Shown: positions 1 through 6,558 of the stretch, piece by piece | Numbering within the stretch: position 1 is the first letter of the stretch | Layout: every line of letters begins with the position of its first letter | Assembly: GCA_964360605.1 (NCBI GenBank) | Contig: CAYHXN010000004.1 | Span: 1-41,976 of the forward strand | DNA length: 41,976 bases | Source: an uncultured Candidatus Saccharibacteria bacterium | GTDB lineage: Bacteria; Patescibacteriota; Minisyncoccia; UBA6257; WO2-44-18 | Direction of reading: 5' to 3' | Made by a program: the position numbers and the translations under genes | The notes under the pieces: model-generated | The model's database searches: none | Told to the model about the DNA's origin: nothing | The model's input: the letters and a program-made list of their open reading frames with translations, nothing else

Positions 1-64
1 AAGAGTTGGCAGTGCCAAGATCAATGCCGACATTTTTATTGAGAATACTGAAAGGGAGTTTCAT
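1..64 (-). CDS. mreB: MreB-family rod shape protein, N-terminal fragment (runs off the window)
   Basis: Manual translation from ATG at 64 gives MKLPFSILNKNVGIDLGTANS, with the MreB phosphate-1 motif GIDLGTAN. Not in the ORF track. Confidence 0.85.
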   Translation of the reverse strand, partial: MKLPFSILNKNVGIDLGTANS

Positions 65-70
65 GAAAGT

Positions 71-157
71 CTTACGAAAGTACGAAAATTTACGAAATTA
101 CGAAAAGTTTTTTTGTTTCGGTTTCGTACTTTCGTATGTTTTCGTATTTTTCGTAAG
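71..157. repeat. Inverted array of heptamers (4x TACGAAA followed by 4x TTTCGTA)
   Basis: TACGAAA at 73, 81, 91, 99; TTTCGTA at 122, 130, 140, 149. Fills the proS-mreB intergenic space. Confidence 0.85.
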
Positions 158-163
158 TTTAAA

Positions 164-1393
164 TCATTTAATCTTCTTCAGCAACTCTTCTAAATTCACT
201 AATTTAGCGGTCTGGGAGTCACGGGCTTTGAGCTCAATCTGGTCACCGGTTTTCTCGCTTACTACCGCGCGCCATGGAATGCCCAAGAGGTCAGCGTCGG
301 CAAATTTCTGGCCGGCGGAAACATCGCGATCGTCATATAAAACTTCCACTCCCGCTTCTTTCAAATTTTTATAAATTTTCCTCGCTCTACTCTCTACTCC
401 CTTTCCTTTTATTTCTATTAAATGCGCTTGGTATGGGGCTATAGATTTTGGCCAAATAATTCCGCGTTCATCATTATAAACTTCTACCAAAGCGCCCATA
501 ATACGCGATGGCCCGATTCCATAAGAACCCATTACTATTAGCTCCTGAGAACCATCTGGTTTTGCGTATCGCAAATTAAACGCCTCGCTGTATCGGGTGC
601 CCAATTTAAAAACATTGGCGACTTCAATACCCGCCGATTCTTGGATTTCTCCGGAGCCGCAAGTCGGACACTGAACCCCCTTTTGAACAACGGCAATTTC
701 TTTATTTTGCGAATATTCGCATTTGTTGCAATAAAAAATCGTGTCTTCTCCGGTCGGATGTAAAAGCTGAAATTCGTGAGTGTATTCTTTGGTAAAAGCG
801 CCGCCGGCGGCTTCGGTAAGTTTTACTTTTAAAGACAACCGCTTAAAAATCTTCTGGTAGGCCTTGATGACTTTTTGATAATATTCTTCCAAATTTTCCT
901 TGTCGGTATGAAAACTGTAAAGGTCTTTCATTAAAAATTCCCGGCCGCGAAGAAGTCCGTTTTTAGCCCGCTGTTCGGCGCGAAATTTAGTTTGAATTTG
1001 ATAAACCGCTTTGGGTAAATCCTGATAAGAATTTATAAAATGTTTGGCAATGGCGGAAATCACTTCTTCATGAGTCCATCCTAGCGCGAACTCTTCGCCA
1101 AACGGAGATTTAAATTCATAGGCGACGTTAGTGTGCCAACGTCCGGATTTTTCCCAGTATTCTTTGGCGACTAAAGACTGCATCAGCAATTCTTCAGCCC
1201 CGATAGCGTTCATTTCCTCGCGGATTATATTTTTTATTTTATCCAAAACCCGTAAGCCCAGTGGCAAAAAAGAATAAACGCCAGCGGACATTTTTTGCAC
1301 AAAACCGCCCTTAATAAGGTATTTGGCATTAACCGCTTCCTCGTCGCTGGGGAAAGTTTTAGAAGTTTTAGAAAAAAGTTCTGATTGCTTCAT
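164..1393 (-). CDS. proS: Prolyl-tRNA synthetase (short form, no INS editing domain)
   Basis: Class II motifs YQIQTKFRAEQRAKNGLLRGREFLMKDLYSF and MGSYGIGPSR; anticodon domain GQKFADADLLGIP; only 409 aa. Confidence 0.95.
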   Translation of the reverse strand: MKQSELFSKTSKTFPSDEEAVNAKYLIKGGFVQKMSAGVYSFLPLGLRVLDKIKNIIREEMNAIGAEELLMQSLVAKEYWEKSGRWHTNVAYEFKSPFGEEFALGWTHEEVISAIAKHFINSYQDLPKAVYQIQTKFRAEQRAKNGLLRGREFLMKDLYSFHTDKENLEEYYQKVIKAYQKIFKRLSLKVKLTEAAGGAFTKEYTHEFQLLHPTGEDTIFYCNKCEYSQNKEIAVVQKGVQCPTCGSGEIQESAGIEVANVFKLGTRYSEAFNLRYAKPDGSQELIVMGSYGIGPSRIMGALVEVYNDERGIIWPKSIAPYQAHLIEIKGKGVESRARKIYKNLKEAGVEVLYDDRDVSAGQKFADADLLGIPWRAVVSEKTGDQIELKARDSQTAKLVNLEELLKKIK

Positions 1394-1489
1394 AAAAAAA
1401 CATAATCCGGATTACACGAATCGCTATCCGAATCTAGCGAATAAATCAGTATTATTCAGAATTATATTAAAATTTCTCTCTTGTGTAAA

Positions 1490-2515
1490 TCAAAAAAGCC
1501 GCGCGACATCCCGCACCGTGACTGCAATCATCAGGAAAATTAAAAAAATGAAGCCAGCGGCATTGGCGGAACGTTCAAATTTTGGCGAAAGCGGCGAGCC
1601 TTTAATTTTTTCAACAATAATAAAAAGCAGTCGGCCACCGTCTAACGCCGGGAATGGAAAAATATTGAGAGCAAAAAGGTTTAAAGAAATGAGGCCAATA
1701 AGCTGGAGGAGATAAGCGAAGCCGAAAGATCCGGCCTGATTCGCCACTCCGAAAATACCAATCGGGCCTACAAAGTTCGCCATTAGAGGAGCGTTGGTAA
1801 AAAGTGCCAATAACAACTGGCCTAAAGAAATAAAAATCGCGCCCACAATTCCAATGCCGGCAGTAAAACCTAAGGCCAAACTTTCAAAAAAAGGCTTTTT
1901 ATCAAATCCGGCTTCCGTGAAGACAACGCCTAAAGCTCCCTGCCCTTCAGGAACTTCCGCTCTGGGCGTTATTTTAAAACTTAATTGTTCTCCGACCCGA
2001 TTCACAGACAAAGAAATTTCCTTACCGCGGTTCGCTTGGATAAAAGAAGAAAACTCCTCTCCGCTTTTAAAATCAGCAAGAAAATCTCCGGCTTGAAGGC
2101 CGACAGCCGCCGCCGGCGTTCCAGGTAAAACATCGCTGATAACAACCGCCTTGGGAGCGCCAAGCATAAACACCGAGGATAAAATCGCCCAACCCAAAAG
2201 GAAATTCATCGCCACGCCAGCCAGAATGATTATAATTTTTCTCCATGTCTTTTGCGCGTAAAAACTTCTTTGCTCTAATTCCTTGTCTTTTACGTCATCA
2301 ACCCTATTTTCCCCATATATTTTTACGTATCCACCGAACGGCAGAAGATTGAAACTGTAAATAGTCTCGCCAATTTTTTTAGAAAAAATCCGTGGCGGAA
2401 AACCGAATCCAAATTCTTCTACTAATAAGCCGAAGTATTTGGCGGCGATAAAATGGCCCAATTCGTGGACTAAGATTAAAACAGAGATTCCAATTACTAC
2501 AAAAAGGATAATCAT
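1490..2515 (-). CDS. rseP: RseP/RasP-like site-2 zinc metalloprotease (M50) with PDZ domain
   Basis: HELGH, LLPFGGYV and NIFPFPALDGG motifs; PDZ-like SDVLPGTPAAAVGLQAGD. Confidence 0.93.
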   Translation of the reverse strand: MIILFVVIGISVLILVHELGHFIAAKYFGLLVEEFGFGFPPRIFSKKIGETIYSFNLLPFGGYVKIYGENRVDDVKDKELEQRSFYAQKTWRKIIIILAGVAMNFLLGWAILSSVFMLGAPKAVVISDVLPGTPAAAVGLQAGDFLADFKSGEEFSSFIQANRGKEISLSVNRVGEQLSFKITPRAEVPEGQGALGVVFTEAGFDKKPFFESLALGFTAGIGIVGAIFISLGQLLLALFTNAPLMANFVGPIGIFGVANQAGSFGFAYLLQLIGLISLNLFALNIFPFPALDGGRLLFIIVEKIKGSPLSPKFERSANAAGFIFLIFLMIAVTVRDVARLF

Positions 2516-3060
2516 TCGTTAATTTCTTTGATTTTGGAAACCAAAAGGTTTTCTAATTCTAGATTAGATTTGTCCACTGCTTTTTGAATTTGGTCACGAA
2601 GTTTGAATTTTTGATCTTCGCTAATTGTTTTCGCTTTAAAATCGGCTTCTACTCTTTTGTTGGCGTCGTCTCGTGACGCGCGAATCCTAATTTTTGTTTG
2701 CTCGGCGATGGATTTTATTAGTTTAATAAGTTCTTGGCGGCGTTCATCGGTCAGTGTCGGCAAATTTATCCGGATTAAATTACCTTGCGTATTCGCTGTA
2801 AGTCCCCGGCCGGATGCCTCAACGGCTTTAATCACGGCGCCCAGCGCTTCCTTGTCCCAAACGGAAATATCAATTTCTCTAGGCGGAACAATCGTGATTG
2901 ATCCTAATTGCCGAATTGTTAATTGTTGGCCGAGATAATCAACTTTAATATCTTCAACTAATTTAGCGGTGGGACGGTTGGTTCTAATATTCAAAAACTC
3001 CTGCCTTAGGCCGTCAACAAATGTTTTGAGTTTTTGTTCTAAGTCTTTGGCTATATCCAT
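2512..3060 (-). CDS. frr: Ribosome recycling factor
   Basis: IRTNRPT, IKVDYLG, IRINLPTLTDERRQEL; 182 aa. Confidence 0.95.
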   Translation of the reverse strand: MDIAKDLEQKLKTFVDGLRQEFLNIRTNRPTAKLVEDIKVDYLGQQLTIRQLGSITIVPPREIDISVWDKEALGAVIKAVEASGRGLTANTQGNLIRINLPTLTDERRQELIKLIKSIAEQTKIRIRASRDDANKRVEADFKAKTISEDQKFKLRDQIQKAVDKSNLELENLLVSKIKEINE

Positions 3061-3103
3061 TTTAAGTTTATAAAGTTTGTAAAGATATAAAGTTCTTAAA
3101 GTG

Positions 3104-3187
3104 CTATAACTTGCACACTATAGGTAAAAAGTATATCAAAATACCCAAGAAAACCGCGAGTATTAATAATGCGAAGGCTTTATCCAT
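3104..3187 (-). CDS. Putative 27-aa single-pass membrane microprotein
   Basis: Manual translation MDKAFALLILAVFLGILIYFLPIVCKL*; co-oriented and fills the gap between holB-like and frr. Confidence 0.4.
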   Translation of the reverse strand: MDKAFALLILAVFLGILIYFLPIVCKL

Positions 3188-3218
3188 TTGATTTTATAAA
3201 AGATGGGCTTTAAGGACT

Positions 3219-3953
3219 TTATGAACTTTTAACTTGCTGGAGCATTGTTTCTAACTGCAACCTTTTATTGGTGTTGTATCTTTTGATCATTGACCAGCGG
3301 TGTAAAACTTCTTTAATCGCCTTCCAGTTTTTAATAATATCACGACGGAGCTCGCTTATTAAGCCCGCGATAAATTCTTCCAAAATCTTATCTTCTCCGG
3401 TTTCTTTTACTTGATCTACTAATTCTTTGATGATTTCTTTGCGCCGACTAACCGAGGATCCAAAAAATTCTTTGAGTCTTGGATTTGTCTCGATGCCTTG
3501 ATTAAGAATCTCGGATTTCCCGTGCACATATATTTTTTGAAGGCGCGATACGAGGGTAGGCAACAAAACCTCCTCGTTTTTAGCTATCAAAATAATCAGC
3601 GCGTGGCTTGGCGGCTCTTCCACGGTCTTCAAAATCGCGTTTTGCGCTTCGTCCGTTAAAGAATCGGCATCTGGTACGATTAAGGTTTTCCGTGCCGACC
3701 TAATCGGTTTCTGCCACAAAAAAGCTATTCCTTGGCGCACATTATCAATTCCGAAGCCCGACAAAATTAAAGAGTCTAGCAAAACCGCGTCGGGTTTTTC
3801 TCGCCATTTTTTTGATTCTAAATAATTAATAAATTCCTTCGCGAAATTCACCGCTTCGCCGCTGCCTTCTCCAAAAAATAAGTATCCATGAAAAAGGGAG
3901 TTTTTATCCGCTAATTTTTTAAAATCTTTTTTTAATTCTGCGATAACTGCCAT
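3219..3953 (-). CDS. holB: DNA polymerase III delta-prime-like clamp loader subunit
   Basis: HGYLFFG, ADSLTDEAQNAILKTVEEPP, LLPTLVSRLQ; Walker A degenerate. Confidence 0.85.
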   Translation of the reverse strand: MAVIAELKKDFKKLADKNSLFHGYLFFGEGSGEAVNFAKEFINYLESKKWREKPDAVLLDSLILSGFGIDNVRQGIAFLWQKPIRSARKTLIVPDADSLTDEAQNAILKTVEEPPSHALIILIAKNEEVLLPTLVSRLQKIYVHGKSEILNQGIETNPRLKEFFGSSVSRRKEIIKELVDQVKETGEDKILEEFIAGLISELRRDIIKNWKAIKEVLHRWSMIKRYNTNKRLQLETMLQQVKSS

Positions 3954-4001
3954 AAGTTTATTATAACAAAGTTATCAACATCACAATTTTCGCGTTTCTT
4001 G

Positions 4002-4027
4002 TATAATAAATTTATTGTTCTTTAAAA
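4002..4027 (+). promoter_or_regulatory. -10 element followed by boxA-like motif
   Basis: TATAAT at 4002-4007; TGTTCTTTAAAA at 4016-4027 resembles boxA (TGCTCTTTAACA). The -35 match is weak. Confidence 0.5.
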
Positions 4028-4224
4028 CAAATTTGGTGTCCCCTTCGGGGGACACCATTAGAATCCTCTGGTAGCCGCGTTCTCGCGCTTGCCGGCTCTA
4101 GGGGAAAGGGGCTCTCACGAGTCTCCCAAACGACGCGCCAGCGACATTTCTAAGTCGCCGATCCTTCGGGACACGGAGGCAAGCGGATCCCCGGACATGT
4201 TAACCACTGTCCGGGGCTTTTTTT
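4014..4224 (+). ncRNA. Candidate ~210-nt structured ncRNA, family unknown
   Basis: 10-bp stem with cUUCGg loop (4034-4057), second cUUCGg hairpin (TCC-TTCG-GGA), CGCTTGCC/GGCAAGCG long-range pairing, and a terminal intrinsic terminator. No credible ORF. Confidence 0.6.
4189..4224 (+). terminator. Intrinsic terminator
   Basis: CCCCGGACA/TGTCCGGGG stem followed by C and T7. Confidence 0.8.
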
Positions 4225-4237
4225 ATTTATTGGGAAT

Positions 4238-4265
4238 AAAAAACCCCGAGACCGAAGTCTCGGGG
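4238..4265 (-). terminator. Intrinsic terminator
   Basis: Minus strand CCCCGAGAC-TTCG-GTCTCGGGG-T6. Confidence 0.9.
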
Positions 4266-4880
4266 AATGCCAAAATTTTTCCTATCCGCCATGTTCACTT
4301 TCCGAGCAAAGCTGAAGTACTATCTAATTATTGTAGCCATTCAGTGCTCGCTCGGCGGCTGGATAGAAATAGTGGGCTTTTTCCGACGACAGTGAGGCGT
4401 CCCTCACTGTCGTCGGATAGGACGCCTACCGTCTAAACGGCAGGCTTTAGCCCCCAGAGAATCCAAGATGGATCGGTTGCGCGACCGTCCATCCTACCAG
4501 CTCAAAAGCGGGCAACCCGCCGGCCAGTCATGCCCGTATCGGGCTGAACTCTCCTTCGAACCTTCAAACCAATGTTTTTCACAAAGAGCAAGGGAGGGGG
4601 CTTGAGGTAACCGGCTTAGACAATCGCCGACGTGTTTTAGCACTCCCTCAAGCCCCCTGCTTCAGAAAACCATTCGCAATGATTTGCTGGAGCAGGGGGC
4701 CGATGGGCACAGTACATCCTGTACATTAAGTGCTCCATCGGCCGGTTGTTTTTTCAAAGGTGCTGTGTTTCACCTCTTCTTCGGAGGCGCGCGCTTTTTG
4801 GTTAACTGAGCGCGATCCGCACCCGAGCTTGGGATGGCCTTGCGGCTGTCCCAAGCTCGGGAGCTGATTATCAGTTTCGC
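4238..4880 (-). ncRNA. Candidate ~640-nt large structured ncRNA, family unknown
   Basis: Bounded by a consensus promoter and a UUCG terminator. Nearly continuous GC-rich helices, two boxA-like motifs, and no minus-strand ORF of 60 aa or more in the track. Confidence 0.7.
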
Positions 4881-4886
4881 CCTGCT

Positions 4887-4914
4887 ATTATAGCAAACCC
4901 ACAGGATTTGTCAA
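4887..4914 (-). promoter_or_regulatory. Consensus sigma70 promoter with extended -10
   Basis: TTGACA-16 nt-TATAAT with TGn directly upstream of the -10 hexamer. Confidence 0.9.
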
Positions 4915-4921
4915 GGACTTC

Positions 4922-5196
4922 GGAAACTCACTTTTCGGAAACAGTGTGGCTGATCTCCTGCGGATCGGCCCACTTCTTATCTCGGCGCGTTGCCGATCGT
5001 AAAATTTGATAACGATCGGGCCAATCCAACGCGCCTCCGATACGTTCCGAAAAGTGAGTTTCCTACGTTTTTGGGCTTGGAAATTGGAATTTATGTGCTA
5101 ACCCCGCCTGATGCCCTATTGGATATCCCTCAAAAAGAGGGTTTTATTAAAATGTGCTATAGGGCATCGGGTGGGGCGGGGAGACTTACGTCTCCC
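4922..5196. other. Structured non-coding element(s): multibranch stem plus long hairpins
   Basis: 19-bp inverted repeat GGAAACTCACTTTTCGGAA/TTCCGAAAAGTGAGTTTCC (4922-5063) enclosing two hairpins; 18-bp stem at 5102-5176; hairpin at 5177-5196. Confidence 0.6.
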
Positions 5197-5422
5197 CATT
5201 GGACTTTTTGTTGTCCTCGATCGCCTTTTCTATGACGGCGATCTGGGCGATGGTTCGCTCCGGCGCCAGACGGGGATTTAGGACCCACTTTAGGTCCGTT
5301 TCCATCCGGCCCCTTCGGAATCGCGGAACGGTTCCTGGAGCCACCTCCAGCCCCAAATTACGGAGCTGGTTTCTGGCCTTCCGAGCCAGAAACACCTCGG
5401 AAACCTTCATTTGTTTGGTCAT
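5186..5422 (-). CDS. Small basic hypothetical protein (78 aa)
   Basis: Start re-called to ATG 5422 (MTKQMKV...), with GGAGGT Shine-Dalgarno at 5427-5432 and its own promoter; 16 Arg/Lys versus 9 Asp/Glu. Confidence 0.75.
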   Translation of the reverse strand: MTKQMKVSEVFLARKARNQLRNLGLEVAPGTVPRFRRGRMETDLKWVLNPRLAPERTIAQIAVIEKAIEDNKKSNGET

Positions 5423-5444
5423 ATCAACCTCCAATTCTGCGTCC

Positions 5445-5472
5445 ATTATAGCATATCTACAAATTTTGTCAA
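5445..5472 (-). promoter_or_regulatory. Consensus sigma70 promoter with extended -10
   Basis: TTGACA-aaatttgtagatatgc-TATAAT. Confidence 0.9.
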
Positions 5473-5506
5473 GAGCCAAAAAATTCGTTTTGGATTTAAG
5501 TAAATC

Positions 5507-6514
5507 CTATCTCTTATTTAAAAGCGTTCTCTTATAAACGTCCAAGTGATTTAAAATCAAGCCAGCCCCCTTAGCAACGCAAAAGAGCGGTTCTTCGGCA
5601 ACATAAGTCGGGACGCCAGTCATCCGTTTGAAGAATTCATCAATGTAATGGAGGTGGGCGCCGCCGCCGGAAAGAATAATTCCCTTTTCCATAATATCCG
5701 CCACTAATTCCGGCGGAGTGCTATTAAAAACACTTTGCACAGAAGCGGCAATATCCATAAGATGCGGGTTCAAAGCTTCGGCGATTTCGTTAGAATTCAA
5801 AACAACGTCGCGAGGAAGGCCGTTCACAAGATCGCGGCCGCGAACCTTGACCTCCATCCGGTCCTTTGTCGTCAGCGCCGCCCCAATTTCAATTTTAATA
5901 TGCTCCGCCATTTGCTCTCCAATCGCCAAAGAATACTTTCGTTTTATATAGTCCGTAATCGCTTGGTCAAACTTATTACCAGCCACTCTTAAACTAGCCC
6001 AAGCCACGATGCCACCCAAAGAAACCACCGCTACCTCCGAAGTGCCACCACCAATGTTAATAATCATATTTCCTGAATGGCTGTTAATTGGAATGCCGGC
6101 TCCCAACGCGGCCAGAATTGGCTCTTTAACGATGTAGGCCTCTTTTGCTCCCGCTTCTCTGGCGGCGTTCATTACCGCCCGTCGTTCCGTTGGCGTAATT
6201 CCGGCGGGAACAGAAAGCACTACCTCGGGTTTAAATAAATTAAAAGGCCCCACTGCTTTCGCAATGAAGTATTTAAGCATTGCTTTTGTAATATAATAAT
6301 CGGCGATCACGCCGTCCTTGAGGGGCCGATAAGCGACGATATCATCCGGCGTACGACCAATCATTTCCTTAGCTTCCCTTCCAACCGCTAAAACCCCGTT
6401 ATCGGGAACGCTTAAAGCCACGATGGTCGGTTCGTTAACGACAAAACCTTTATTAGGAACAAAAACAATAGTATTGGCGGTTCCTAAATCTATGCCTATT
6501 TTTCTAGTAAACAT
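5507..6514 (-). CDS. mreB: Rod shape-determining protein MreB
   Basis: GIDLGTANT, RPLKDGVIAD, NIGGGTSEVAV, GIILSGGGA. Confidence 0.96.
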   Translation of the reverse strand: MFTRKIGIDLGTANTIVFVPNKGFVVNEPTIVALSVPDNGVLAVGREAKEMIGRTPDDIVAYRPLKDGVIADYYITKAMLKYFIAKAVGPFNLFKPEVVLSVPAGITPTERRAVMNAAREAGAKEAYIVKEPILAALGAGIPINSHSGNMIINIGGGTSEVAVVSLGGIVAWASLRVAGNKFDQAITDYIKRKYSLAIGEQMAEHIKIEIGAALTTKDRMEVKVRGRDLVNGLPRDVVLNSNEIAEALNPHLMDIAASVQSVFNSTPPELVADIMEKGIILSGGGAHLHYIDEFFKRMTGVPTYVAEEPLFCVAKGAGLILNHLDVYKRTLLNKR

Positions 6515-6558
6515 GGTTTCATTCGCTTAAATTAAAAAACTAATTTCATTTTCAGTTT

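Noticed and set aside
71-157. CRISPR array or DnaA-box cluster
   Set aside because: The 7-nt units have 1-3 nt spacers, far too short for CRISPR, and do not match TTATCCACA.
3972-3980. DnaA-box-like TTATCAACA upstream of holB
   Set aside because: A single one-mismatch copy in AT-rich DNA is not enough to call an origin or a regulatory site.
4089-4436. 115-aa plus-strand ORF
   Set aside because: It has a TTG start, runs through a plus-strand terminator and has no recognisable motifs. It is best explained as a chance ORF in GC-rich structured DNA.
4238-4880. Identity as RNase P RNA, tmRNA, SRP RNA, 6S RNA or a group I/II intron
   Set aside because: I found no diagnostic motif by eye (GAGGAAAGUC, tRNA-like ends, SRP loop, domain V). 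A highly divergent member cannot be excluded without a covariance-model search.
4990-5235. 81-aa plus-strand ORF
   Set aside because: No RBS, crosses long stems, and overlaps the better-supported minus-strand gene.
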